Source: Lama glama
Taxonomy: Eukaryota
Length of the DNA stretch: 64,000 nucleotides
Reading direction: 5' to 3'
NCBI GenBank assembly: GCA_028534125.1
Contig: CM052817.1
Span: 4,838,001 to 4,902,000 of the forward strand
This document shows, in pieces, positions 24,645 through 36,682 of this stretch (its first letter is position 1; every line of letters starts with the position of its first letter). Under the pieces are notes generated by a model. That model was not told the origin of the DNA, searched no databases, and worked only from the letters and a program-made list of their open reading frames with translations. Both the position numbers and the translations under genes were made by a program.

Positions 24645-26300
24645 GCGACCAACCCTCAAATCTTTTCATGAGACTGGTGTGATCCTGATACCAGAGCCCA
24701 GATAAGTGCAGGCTTATTTACAGTTAACACAAAGCTCCTGAAACAGACATCAACAATAGCAGTGTATAGAAAAATAACACATCAGGAACAAGTTGGGGCT
24801 TTCCTAGGTAAGCAAAGATTGTCTAATATTAAGAAAAATCCATCCATGTAATACACTACAGTAGTAGAACAAAAAAGAAATAATTATGATATAGGTTTTT
24901 TTTCATACCATACTTTTTTTGTTTTATTCTTTTAAATTGAAGTATAGTTGCTGTATATATTATATAAGTTACAGGTGTACCATAGCACGAGTCACAATTT
25001 TTAAAGGTGATACTCTGTTTATAAGCACGATAAACCATTGGCTATACTCCCCATGCTGTACAATATACTCTTGGAGCTTATTTTATACCTAATAGTTTGT
25101 GCCTCTAATGCCCCTACCCCTACGTTGCCCCTCCCTGCTTCCCTCTCCCCACTGGTAACCACTAGTTTGTTCTCTGTATCTCTGAGTCTGCTTCTTTTTT
25201 GTTATATTCATAATTATATAGTTTTATAGACGTAGGAAAAAATTTGTAAGATTCCACATTCATTCATAACAATAACAAACTATACACTAGGAAGTCATCC
25301 AACAAACAACGTTGTCTGAAAACCTACAGCAAACATATTAAAAACATTCCCTTTAGGATCAGGATGAAGACATTGTACTGAAGACCCCAGCCAAGGCAGT
25401 GACATGAGAAAGAAAAATGAAAACTATAAAGACTGTTAAAGACGAGACGATCCGTCCTTACTTGCAGATGATATGACTGCTTAACTAGAAGAATCCAAGA
25501 GAATCCGATACAAACTACAAGAATATCTCTGCATATCAGATCCATAAGCAGAGTGCACTGCATTTACCACCAGCAACGAACAATTAGAATGCATGATTTT
25601 TAAAAGATACAAAATAAGTTTCCTTGGAATAAATTCCACAACTGATGTACAATTGTTCATGGACAAAATCACAGCGCTTCGACGACAGGCATTGCACAAG
25701 ACCTAAATAGGCAGAGAGAAGCACCATGTTCCCAGATTCAATACCATAAAAATGTCAGCTCTCCTAAAATTAATCTATAAATTCAATGTGTTTCCCGTCA
25801 GAGTGCAATAGTTTTAATAGACCTTGACAACTTACACAAAGCCTGTAGGTATGAACAAAGAGTAAAGATATCTAAGATAAATTTTGAAGATGAACAGGAT
25901 GCAAAGACTTACCAACTAGAACCTAAAACTTACTATAAAGTTATAATTAAAGACATACTATATTGGTAGAGGGCTAAACAAAGAGATGAGACCAGAGAAA
26001 CAGACTGGAGAGCTCAGAAACAGACCCAATGGAAACATGACAAATGACAGAGGTGGCATCAGTGAAGAAAGATGCAAAAAATTACAACTACAAATGAGAA
26101 GACTGAGAAATCTGACTATGTTAAAACTAAAACTTCTCTGTGTCAAAACTCATTGTTAAAAAGTAAAAAGATACGCCACAGACTTGAAAAATTTATTTCC
26201 AATGCATCTGACTGATAAAATATTAATATCCAGGTTATATAAAGAACTCCATGTGTTAATAAAAAAAAAGCAATGGGCAACTATATATATGGCAACTATA
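24645..26300 (+). mobile_element. Old LINE-1 ORF2 (RT region onward), heavily deleted and interrupted by a younger antisense L1
   Basis: tcatgagactggtgtgatcctgataccagagcc (ILIPxP), atagacgtaggaaaaaatttgtaagattc (DAEKAFDKI-like), cttgcagatgatatg (xADDM, RT active-site motif), aattaatctataaattcaatg. Confidence 0.75.
24900..25209 (-). mobile_element. Younger L1 3' end, antisense
   Basis: T-rich start, tttaaattgaagtatagttg...aagttacaggtgtac...ctggtaaccactagtttgttctctgtatct. Approximate TSD ataattat(ga)tatag(g)tttt on both sides. Confidence 0.8.
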
Positions 26301-26934
26301 AACATACCAAAAAAAGTCAAGGACATCCTCTTTCAGGTGGGGTATGGAAGGTCACGAGAGACTTCTCTCAACCCAATGATCAAGAATAATCTATGAAATT
26401 TTCTGCAATTTATCTTTTAATAAGGTTAATATGTTAAAATATATGATAAGTATTAAAAAGACGGACTGCTTACTTACTAGAGATAAAATCACAAGGCAGG
26501 AATTCATTTGATTATTGGGTCCAAGAAATGTTATATAATAGCTCAGCAAAATGTCTCCACTTCACTTTTCTCTCTTTCTTGATGGATATAGTTACAAACT
26601 CGCCTCTCTTGACCTCATTATTTGTACACCTCAATAGAGTGTCATTCCCACAAATTACAACACAATTTCAGACTTGACTCATTCTGCAAATAAATAGCGT
26701 AAGAGAATTTACAATGAAAATGGAAGTTGACAGTCTTGTTAACCAGCCTCCCACTCAAGGCAGAAATCCACTGGCAGAAAGTCATCCAGCCCAGAGTTAT
26801 ACCCTCTAGACACAGACTCACTCCCAGCCCAGGGAAACCACTCCTGATCTGGGCTGAGGTGCCTGCAAGAAGATTCTTTCTTAACCTGAGACGAAAGATG
26901 CTCCTGATAGCAGAATGCCATCATTGTGTTTAGT

Positions 26935-27350
26935 TATTTATTCATTTATAGCCTTACTTCCTCACTTCCTGATTCACCCACATATTCAAAAACATTTACT
27001 GAGAACCTAGGCTCAAGTCACCGCTTCAGTCACGAAAGTAAGTCCCGGTCCCTGGCTCCAGCGCACTTAGAGTCCAGGGGGTTAGAGAGAAGTAGACAAA
27101 CAAATTCCTTTGTATCTGCTAAGGGCTGTGATGGAGAGAAGCACCCATCAAGAGGGGAGCACAACTGAAGCATCTGGGACAGCTGGGGTGTCAGGGTAGG
27201 CGAGCTCCCAGGAGGAAGTGAAGACTGGGCAGGAGGTGACCTTGCGGAGACGGGGTGTCCAGGCGCAGGGAACAGCTGAGATACAAGTATGGAGGTGTGA
27301 TGGAGAACGGTGCATCTGTAACAGACCATGCTGTTCATATTGCTGGGACC
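26935..27350 (-). mobile_element. L2 LINE 3' fragment
   Basis: attcaaaaacatttactgagaacctaggc...cttagagtccagggg...ctcccaggaggaagtgaag. Confidence 0.65.
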
Positions 27351-27799
27351 AGATGTGCAGTTGGGGGATGAAGTTGGAGGAAAAAAAAGAGACTTTCAAC
27401 CTCAGTCAGAAAAAAAGTAAAATCTGCTTTTTATTTAATATAGTCAAAAGAATATTTAACGTGACAGTTAACACTCATCTTCTTATCTTACTTTTGAGTC
27501 TTTTTACAGCACCTGCTTCACCCCCTCTGGACATCCGAGAATGGGCGCCGCCTGCAGGCTCAGCCCTGCCTGGCGCCTGAGTGGAAAGGAAGCCCTGCAC
27601 ATGCGCAGCAGCTCCATCTGGAGTGCCCCCACATCAGCCTCACTCTCCAGACCGCCCACCTTCAGCACGCTTAGCGGGACTCAGAGCCTGGTACTTCACT
27701 CTGGCCACACCTCCCCACGGGGGCTGGATCCTGTTACCGATAACCATCCCCCTACCCCCAGGCTACAAGCCCAGTGCTGCCGGGCTGGAAAGATGTGAT

Positions 27800-28435
27800 A
27801 ACTGCCTTCCTGCCCCCATTTCTGTCGGTCACTTGACATCCGTCCCCTGGTAACCCTGCTTATTAACCCCAACCCACTCCAATCCGTTGTTCACCCAGTA
27901 GCAGAGAAATCCTTCTAAAAGAAAATGTGAAATCTCCTTGCTAGTTAAAACCTTTCACTGGCTGCCCGGAATAAAATCCAGACAGCTGCCCCTGCTTGCC
28001 TCTCTCATCGCTGCCTCTATCTCCCTGTATCAGCGCTCAGCTCCAGTAGCACCCGCCCTTCGCTGTGCTGTCATGTTGCGTCTGCCACCTGCTGCTCTTG
28101 CAGCTTGGCATGCACCCCCATCCCCAAATGCCTCCTCTGATTAATCCCTACCGCTCATCTTCAAGATTTACGATAAACATCATCTACACCGAAATCTCTC
28201 CAAAAGCGCTAAGCAGTTCCTTCCCTATGTTCCACAGTATCTTTTTCATTCTCTATCATAGCACTCAGTTTACTGCTTTGTAGTGATCTCTGCATCCATA
28301 TTCCCCTCTAGGCTCTGAACTCTTGAGATCAGAGATGCTGGCATACGTTTATCTGCGCCCCTTGGTGCTGGCACAATCCCTGGCGTACATTTGATGCTGA
28401 GGCCACAATTGTTGAGTGGATGAATGAATGAATGA
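27800..28435 (+). mobile_element. L2 LINE 3' end
   Basis: ttaaaacctttcactggctgcccggaataaaatccaga...cctggcgtacatttgatgct...gttgagtggatgaatgaatgaatga. Confidence 0.75.
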
Positions 28436-28919
28436 CTGGTCATGGCCCACCTTCCAGATGCTACCTTTTCCACTTGCCTAAATCATGCTTGAATCTGTGC
28501 CATTCAGTGGGTACTCACCAGGCACCACCAGGACCATGCTACACTTGGGTCCACTTCCCCAACCCCATCTCACCCAGGCCTGCTTTCTGCTCCTCACACT
28601 GGTCTACGAGGCTGCCCTGCCCACAGATCAGGTGTTCTGGTCATCTCCATCCCATTATCACAGTATCCTGACTCACCTTGGTCCTCTCTTACGCAAAGAG
28701 AGGCTTAGATTTCTTGGACATAATTTGTAGCCCCTCGTCACCCTTTACTCTCCTCTCAGTGCAGTGCGCTGACACGAGGCTCCCTAGAGTTGACCCCATT
28801 ACCACCATGATGGTCGTACAGAGCAGAACCCTGTAGGATAGTCACTGACCTTGGTCTATCTGCCACTCCCCCACCTCCTCCCCAGGAGGACCGATGCCTC
28901 CTCCTCTGTGCACAGACGC

Positions 28920-29437
28920 TGTGATAGGGAAGAACAAGCCTGACTCCGTGTTAGAGCTCTCTTTTGGCTCTAACCCTGTGCGCTGTTTCCCACGCTTAGT
29001 CATGCTGGGTTTGCACCTTTTATGAAAGAATGCTGGCTATAGCTTGAAACTTCAGGATAGTCCATTCGCAAGATTCTGACTTTTAAGGGTATAACACTTT
29101 CCCATTCATATAATGATAAAAAGTTGCAGAACAGAAAACAACATTTGTCTTGTTGGAGGCTTACAGGGACACCATGACCTGACCTACGTGGACAGCTGCA
29201 AGCATAAAGGATTCCAACAGCAAGAAGTTTGCAACAACAAACCATACCCTCTCCCCTCTTTACTATAAAAGGAACCTGAATTCTGACTTGGGGAAAATGG
29301 TTCTCCAGTACATTAGTCTGCCATCTTCTTGGTCTGCTGGCTTTCTGAATAAAGTCGCTATTCCTTGCCCCAAAACGTCGTCTCCCAATTTATTGGCCTG
29401 TCGTGCGATGAGCAGAACGAGTCTGGACTCAAAAGCA
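28920..29437 (+). mobile_element. ERV1 solo LTR (MER41-related, artiodactyl type)
   Basis: TG...CA termini (tgtgataggga...ggactcaaaagca), TATAAAA at 29264-29270, AATAAA at 29348-29353, and cattagtctgccatcttct...aataaagtcgctattccttgcc...attggcctgtcgtgcg in the R/U5 region. Confidence 0.75.
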
Positions 29438-29939
29438 ATATGAACCCTCACGATGCCTCCTGCAAACACCAAGTGCAAATGTATGCTGCCTTGTCTGTAT
29501 CCACTCCTAGACCAGTCTCTTTAATTCAATATTCAGCCAACAAACCTTGTTGAATGCTCCCCACCACCATGGTAGGCAAGAACCGCATGTAATTCCCTCT
29601 TCTTTCTCCATAAGCTTGCCCAGTGTCTGGCACAAGCTGGTATCAGAACATATTTATTCATTGAATGAGTGGATAACCACTTACACACAATGATGGTGGG
29701 TGCCAATTATTTGGTCAAATTAAACGTTTTATGAACTATTGCCAAGTCAGGTCTTCCCACTATTTTCTGAGTAATTAATTGTTTGATTCTAAATGCTGAA
29801 CTTTCTATTTATCAGAATAAATTTCAAATTGCCAGGTTTGAACCCAGGATGTAAGCCAAAACAGATAAAAGGAAATCGAGATTTTTTGCCACCCACAGTT
29901 TGAACAATCCCTTTAAAAAGGATGTCACTTAAAACGTTT

Positions 29940-30326
29940 GTAAGAGGTGGAATGACGGCACCCCAGAAGACGTGTCCACCTGGAATCCGAAAGTGTGAAC
30001 TCAGGTGGAAAGAAGAGTCTTTGCAAATGCAGTTCAGTTAAAGATCTCACAGTAAGAGCATCCTGAATCAGGGTGGGCTCAGAATCCAACGAAGCATCCT
30101 CATGAGAGACAGAAAAGGAGAGAGAGACAGCGAGAGGACCACGTAGGAGGGAGGCAAAGACTGCAGGGATGCAGCCACAAGCCCAGGAATGCCTGGGGCC
30201 ACCAGAAGATGGAAGAAGCAAGGAGGGATCCTCCCTCTAGAGCCTTCAGAGGGAGCACAGCCTTGCAGACGCCTTGACTTGGGACTTCTGTCCCCAGTCC
30301 AGAACTGTGAGAGAACGCATTTCTGC
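29940..30326 (+). mobile_element. MaLR LTR (MLT1B/C-like), truncated by a poly-T run at the gap
   Basis: gtctttgcaaatgcagtt...gatgcagccacaagcccaggaatgcctggggccaccagaag...ctagagccttcagagggagcacagcc...ccagaactgtgagagaa. Confidence 0.85.
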
Positions 30327-30338
30327 TTTTTTTTTTTT

Positions 30339-30838
30339 NNNNNNNNNNNNNNNNNNNNNNNNNNNNNNNNNNNNNNNNNNNNNNNNNNNNNNNNNNNNNN
30401 NNNNNNNNNNNNNNNNNNNNNNNNNNNNNNNNNNNNNNNNNNNNNNNNNNNNNNNNNNNNNNNNNNNNNNNNNNNNNNNNNNNNNNNNNNNNNNNNNNNN
30501 NNNNNNNNNNNNNNNNNNNNNNNNNNNNNNNNNNNNNNNNNNNNNNNNNNNNNNNNNNNNNNNNNNNNNNNNNNNNNNNNNNNNNNNNNNNNNNNNNNNN
30601 NNNNNNNNNNNNNNNNNNNNNNNNNNNNNNNNNNNNNNNNNNNNNNNNNNNNNNNNNNNNNNNNNNNNNNNNNNNNNNNNNNNNNNNNNNNNNNNNNNNN
30701 NNNNNNNNNNNNNNNNNNNNNNNNNNNNNNNNNNNNNNNNNNNNNNNNNNNNNNNNNNNNNNNNNNNNNNNNNNNNNNNNNNNNNNNNNNNNNNNNNNNN
30801 NNNNNNNNNNNNNNNNNNNNNNNNNNNNNNNNNNNNNN
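30339..30838. other. Assembly gap (500 N)
   Basis: Run of N. Confidence 1.
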
Positions 30839-30940
30839 GTTGCTGCAAATGGCATTATGTTGTCGGTTTTTATGGCTGAATAGTATTCCATTGTGTAAAT
30901 ATACCACATCTTCTTTATCCAATCATTTGTTGATGGACAC
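30839..30940 (-). mobile_element. L1 3' region fragment, antisense
   Basis: The minus strand reads CPSTNDWIKKMWYIYTMEYYSAIK, the L1 ORF2p C-terminus. Confidence 0.85.
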
Positions 30941-32094
30941 AACCTTGTATATTTTTAAACTCGCTTATTTTCAAATAAAAAAACTAAGATGTAGAAAAAG
31001 GAATATTTTTTTGGAGGCAGGGGAAGGCCTCTACCTCTGATTTGGACCCAGGTATTCTCATTCTCTTTCCATCTTCTCATCCAAGTCAATGTTGAATATT
31101 AGTGAGAGAGGACAAAGGAAAGAGTCCAGTGGTCCTTCACTAGAAAGCCCACTTTAAATTTCCAATGTCATCAAACACAATCTCTCTCCTGGCAGTGGAG
31201 ACGTCTAAGGCAGACTTCACCTTGACACGCTCCTCTCTGGGGGAAAGGGCGAGTGTGGCAATGACGTGTCCTTGGGTGATGACATGCTGCTACCTGCTTC
31301 TCCCCTTGGTCACACACCATCCATCTTGTGGTCCACTCTTGGTAAGGCTCACATTCCTTTCCAGCTCGTATTTCTTTTTTCTTTTTAGTAAGTCCTTCCC
31401 CTCATCCTAGATTTGTTGTCTTAATATTTCTGTTGAGTCCTTGGAGAAACCATCTGCACGCTCTTCATTCCCCAACAATTCAATCCAGCTGGGCCCACAG
31501 ACCTCACTGAAGACGCCAGATTCTTTCTTATGATTAATCTTCCGAGTGGGAAAAACTCTTCACAATCATGGATGAAATGGAAGCAGGACATTAATAACTG
31601 ACATCTGCAGATGTTTCCCTTGTTCGCACAGTATTTTCACATCCAGTTCCTCATGCGATGCTCCCAGTGGTCCCCCCAGCAGCAGCCTCGGGCAGGTGGA
31701 GAAAGGGAGGCGCACCCTGGCGGTCTGATGCCACAGTTCCTGTGACAGGAACGGTCTGGCCGCCCAGCATAGTTGCCTTTCCGCCTTTGGCTAGATGCTC
31801 ACGCAGAGGAGCAGTCTCCCCTCCCAACAGGACTGTCTACCGCCGTGTCCCACCCCGGGCAGAGCAGCAGGGAGCCTGCATGACAGCCAGGCTAGCTAGT
31901 CAGATGGCCCCATCCCCCTGGTCACAGGGCGTGGCTCAGGCACCTGACCACAACACCCTTTGAGGGGCTGCAGAGTTGAGACTTCACTCAGTCCCGATGA
32001 CTCCTGGAGGTTCTGGACAATCCTTTCTCTCCTTCTCAGTCACGTATTCCAGCTCTCCTACAAATCTAGTTCATCGGAGAGCTTCCTACGCAGC

Positions 32095-32615
32095 GCAATC
32101 AGTAACAAGTGTGTGAGGAGGAGATGGCGCTGGTATAGATGCTTTGGCAAACGGTTGGACAGTATCTATTCAAATGACATGCGAGCATTCCACCTATGCG
32201 CTGTGACCCCGCAATTCCACATCCACGTTTACACCCAGCAGAAGTGTGCATGTGTTGACACCAAAAGCCCTGTAGCAGAATGGCCATAGCACCACTGTTT
32301 TTTATAGCCCCAAATGAGAAGTAACTCAAAAGCCCGGCAGCAGCAGAATGAAATAGGAAACGTGGTGAACCCACACAAGGACTCCGGCTCCGTCTGGGGT
32401 ACGTTTAATCTGCATCTCATACTTACTGTTTGATTGCGTTTATACAAACACAAATGCAGCCAAAGCCAATCTACGTTGTTCCAAGTTGGGATAGTGGCTA
32501 CGTTGGGGGATAAAGACTGAAGGGGACCTTGGGGGTGCCAATACATTCTGATTCTTGTTCTGGGTGCTGGTTCATGTGCACTTTTCTGTCTGCATTTAAT
32601 TTTTCTAAAAGCTAA
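32095..32615 (+). mobile_element. Old LINE-1 3' end (L1ME-like), GC-shifted
   Basis: tgctttggcaaacggttggacagtatct...ctgtgaccccgcaattccac...catagcaccactgtttttatagccccaaa. Confidence 0.7.
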
Positions 32616-32824
32616 ATGATTGTAAAGAAAGAACAAAGGCTCTCCTTCCAGGAAAAGAGGAGACTTGGAGGGGAGGCACAACTGTGGATCTTTACTGTAG
32701 ATAGTGTCAGGGAGCAGAAGGCGTGGAGTCCAGAAGACGGAACCTGGAACAAGGCGAGAATGACCAGGAGTGTCCAGGTGCTCTTTTGGAGAATTAGAAC
32801 TTCCCCTTGAAGCTTCACCTCTGG

Positions 32825-33111
32825 AAGATGGTCAAAAGGCCCAAACTTCCAGTTACGAAGTCAGTCAGTCCTGGGGATGGAACACGTACGGTGGTGGCTA
32901 CAGCACATAATACTGTATTGTAGATTTAAAAGTTAAGGTAGTAGATCTTGAAAATCCTCATCACCAGAAAGGAAAATGGTAACTCTGTGTGCTAATGGAC
33001 GTCAACTACGCTTACTGTGATCATCATTGCACAATATATAAAAACATCAAATCTTTATGTTGTAAACCTGAAACTAATATAATGTTACGTTTCTGTTATA
33101 TCTCAATAAAA
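32825..33111 (+). mobile_element. L1 3' UTR tail (L1MA-like)
   Basis: ggtcaaaaggcccaaacttccagtta...gtagatcttgaaaatcctcatcac...gttgtaaacctgaaactaatataatgtta...tatatctcaataaaa. Confidence 0.85.
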
Positions 33112-33114
33112 GAG

Positions 33115-33560
33115 GCCACATGTGGCTTTATCATGGAGAGGGAAGGGGAGTATGGTAGAAGGTAAAAGTGGAGATGTGAGCAGGAACTGAACTGTCTGTG
33201 GCTTCATGGGTCATGTTAAGGATTTTATGCTATCTTCTAAGAGTACTGAGAAGCCCCTGGACGACGTTAGCCCAGAGAATGATGTCAGAAGGACTGCCTT
33301 TAACGCATTTAACCATGATAGCAGTGGGGGAAATGAACAGAAGAGGGGGTTAAGCATGGGTACCACAAAAATCACTTAGTGGGGATGCTGTGGATCGATG
33401 TTCAGTTGACAGAGAATGAGAACGTGGACACAGGTGATGGTAGTGGATGTGGAGAGAAGTGGAATGACCAGAGGTATGTTTTCTAGTAGAACAACAGGAC
33501 TTAGTAACAGATTGGATGTGATGGGTAAAGGATACGGAAAAGACATGAAGGACCAGTGAG
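33115..33560 (-). mobile_element. L2 LINE fragment
   Basis: gggtcatgttaaggattttatgctatcttctaagagtactgagaagcc...gatgtggagagaagtgga...aacaggacttagtaacagattggatgtg. Confidence 0.7.
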
Positions 33561-34407
33561 GGCAGGTCACGACCTGCCTAGCCATCACTGCATCCCTGAT
33601 CTGCAGCGCGGTCCCTGATACACTGCTGACACACAACAGGTGTGTGTCGAGTGAATGAACAGGCGTGCCAGTGGGCGAGCTGCTGTCCTCTTACGGACCT
33701 GGGAAACACCGCAGAAGACAGATTTAGAGGTTAACACCATGAATCCAGTGTTAGATGTAGCGAGTTTGAAACGCGTCTCACTCACGAAGAAAGAACTGTA
33801 GGCCCTGCAGCTCCGAAGATCAGGTCTGCCCTGGGGAGCCTCGTGTGGGCACTGGCAGCAGCAGAGGAAGAGAGGAAAGGTGTTAGAATGAGAGCGAGGA
33901 GGGCCCAGAAACCCAGCCGTGAGGGACACTAGCACTGAAACCTCAGGCAGAATCTGCCTCTAGTCTCCAGCACATTTTTCTGAGAGTGAATTATCGTGTC
34001 ATGCTGGCTACCTCAAAAACTTTACATGGAAGACTATTTTTGTGTTATTAATGAGCATTTATTGAAAATCTTCCTTTTCTCAGATAACCTCTTAGGTGCT
34101 GAGGTACAAACCTAAGGCATATTCTCTGCCTCTGAAGAGCTTAGTGATTTAACCGGCCATGTGATTACGTCCTGAATTGCTCTACACCCTACGATAGCCA
34201 AGAGGAAGTAGCCAGGATGAAGCATTTTCTGCCATTATCGTAAGGAGTGCTCTGGGCTTAGCTATAGAAAAATGAATTTTATTTCCAAGGAGGACAGGAG
34301 AACTTTCCTAGTACAAGCCAGCCTGGGAGGCAGTGCTGTCCAACACAGCACAGCTGACTGCCAGGAAGAGTCCAGACACTCCCACAAACTGCCCCCACCG
34401 TCACCCC

Positions 34408-34553
34408 ACCCCGTCCCGGTTCTCCCGGCACCTAATTCCGCCCCGTCCCCTCCTGCAGGTCCCCTGGTGGCAGATGCTCAACCCCGTCCCGGTTCTCCTG
34501 TCACCTAATTCCGCCCCGTCCCCTCCTGCAGGTCCCCTGGCAGCAGACGCTCA
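34408..34553. repeat. 73-bp direct tandem duplication (2 copies)
   Basis: Copies at 34408-34480 and 34481-34553 (accccgtcccggttctcc...cctgcaggtcccctgg...gctca) differ at about 5 positions. Confidence 0.95.
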
Positions 34554-35179
34554 GTTTCCCTTGTTTGTTGAACAGCTGGTCAGTGACAAGGACAGGACTC
34601 CAGCCCAAGTCTGCCTGCCAGGTAGCCCACCTTCCTTCCTCTGCGTCCCTCCCCTCTTTCCTCACTTCTGCAGACTCACTCTAGGGAGGAGGAAGTTATA
34701 CCCAGGACCTGCTGTTGTCAGCCTTGTTAAGAATCTGAAGTGCTGTTGGGTTCAAAGGTTCCAATTGAAGATTCTATTTTCAGCCAAATGAGACTGGAGT
34801 AGACTGTTCTCAACAGACTCTCTTCCTCAATGACAAATACTTTATCCCATAAAAATAACAAGTTGTGTTATAATTTGGATTTGGTAAATTATGATGCCAA
34901 CTTGTCCAATGTAGGCAAATTTCTGACATATCTGACATATCTTAAATTGTCTTCACAGGGACGAGATCTTGGATAAAGTTGCTGGGTTGAGTTTGACATG
35001 CAATCTGGGATGAATAATCTAAAGAAGGAAGACAAGGTTCTTCCTATAGACACATGTTCAAAATTCTTTCTAACCTCTGAATGGTCCAAAAAAAAAAACA
35101 CACCACGTACAGTGTGGTAGGAAAACCTTTCCAAGGAGAGGGGAAGCCTTGAGAAGAACAGCAGTGACCTACAGAGCAC

Positions 35180-35365
35180 GTCCCCCCACCTGCACTGTGC
35201 GAAGCACTTGCCGCATCCCACCCTGGTCCACCTTCCCCGAACACTGAGAGGGACACGCACTGTCGTTCCCTTTCTGAAGAAAGGAAACCGAGGCACAGGG
35301 AGATTAGGTAACTGACCCCAGGTCACACAGCCAGTAAAGGATGGAGCTGAGATTCTGAACCAAGT
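35180..35365 (-). mobile_element. MIR SINE, interrupted by the SINE at 35368
   Basis: ggaaaccgaggcacagggagattaggtaactgaccccaggtcacacagccagtaa. Confidence 0.8.
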
Positions 35366-35367
35366 AT

Positions 35368-35458
35368 GGAGGGGAGCAGGGGGGACCTCAGTGGTAGAGC
35401 GCATGCTTGGCAGGCACAAGGTCCTGAATTCAATCCCCAGCACCTCCATTAAAAAAAT
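35368..35458 (+). mobile_element. tRNA-derived SINE (camelid Vic-1-like)
   Basis: ctcagtggtagagcgcatgctt...gtcctgaattcaatccccagcacctccattaaaaaa. TSD caagtat at 35361-35367 and 35459-35465. Confidence 0.85.
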
Positions 35459-35929
35459 CAAGTATTCAGGTCCACCGGGCTGTGCCACCCAGCAACCACC
35501 GGGTGCTAGGCACTGTACACAGCACTTCGCACAACAACCTTGTGCGGCAGACAGCAAAGAACCTGCTCTGTACATGAGGAATCTAGAGTTTATGCGGATG
35601 GAGCTTCTTGCCCAAAGCTACCCACTAGTAAAGGATGGAGCAAGTCTACTTCATCTCCAAATCCACACGTGACAGGGACACACCTCCATCCTTTTCTGGC
35701 CCATCTCAAGCAACCACGTGAAATTGTGCACACGGCATCCAGTTACTATTTGATGAATGAATGAGTGAGTGAGTGAGTGCATGAATGAACTCTCACCACC
35801 CTTACGATAGGCTTCGTCTCCTCATGTCTCTGTTCTCTCTCTCTCTGCTCTTTCGTCCCAGCACAAAGTTCTGCTAATCCTTCCCCTGGAAACAGATGTC
35901 CTCTCTGTTCCCTACATCCTCATGGGGCT

Positions 35930-36067
35930 ATTTTTTTAAACTTCTTTTTTTTAGGGGGGAGGTAATTAGGTTTATTTATTTGTTTATTTAATGGAGGTGC
36001 TGGGGACTGAACCCAGGACCTTGTGCATGCTAAGCATGCACTCTACCACTGAGCTACACCCTCCCCC
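35930..36067 (-). mobile_element. tRNA-derived SINE (camelid Vic-1-like)
   Basis: Reverse complement of gggggagggtgtagctcagtggtagagtgcatgcttagcatgcacaaggtcctgggttcagtccccagcacctccattaaa...acctaattacctcc. Likely TSD atggggct at 35922-35929 and 36073-36080. Confidence 0.9.
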
Positions 36068-36682
36068 AGTTTATGGGGCTGTGAATCCCCACTGATTCCT
36101 CTTTGATTCTTCACAGCCAGGTTGCTTTAAATATATGTTTACAAGTGTTTCTTCTCCTTCCTCCCTGACTATCAGTCTTGAGCCCTTTGTAATCTGGTTT
36201 CTCTTTTCCACCCACAACCAGTCCTTTGGGGACTACCCTTTCTAAGGTCACATCCAGTCGTTCATTTGATCAGTCAATATTTATTCAGTGTCTACTGTAT
36301 GTGAGGCACAGCAGCCAGAGCAAGGAAGAAGTCGTTTATGAGCTGTTCGCCTCCTGGAGCCCAGGGAGGCACAATTAAAACAAGTAGTTACAAGTGTGAC
36401 AAGGAACAGGGCAGAAGGGCAGAAGTTCCTCGGGAGAGTCACAGCGGAGTTTCTCACTCCTGGTGGGTCCTCACTCTGGGAGGTGACCTTCCCCACTGCC
36501 GCACAACCCGACAGGGAAGCCTGGAGGACCCGGGACGCTGTACCTACCTTAGCAGGCTTGCCTGATTATCCCCTGCTGTCTTGCATCTGTCTCCAGAAGT
36601 TTCCATGGAGCGTTCCACAGACTCTGCCATAGACTCAGGTCTGCTGGCAGTTTCCCACCCATCACTATGACAACCACTCTTT

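Noticed and set aside
30068..31040. Several 200-284 aa ORFs
   Set aside because: Artefacts of the 500-N gap. The flanks translate MLT1 and L1 sequence.
34408..34553. CRISPR-like repeat array
   Set aside because: Two adjacent copies with no spacers, in a mammalian genome with no cas genes.
34889..35575. 228-aa minus-strand ORF
   Set aside because: Built from SINE (FLMEVLGIE...) and MIR (CVTWGQLPNLPVPRFP) translations, with no protein-family signal.
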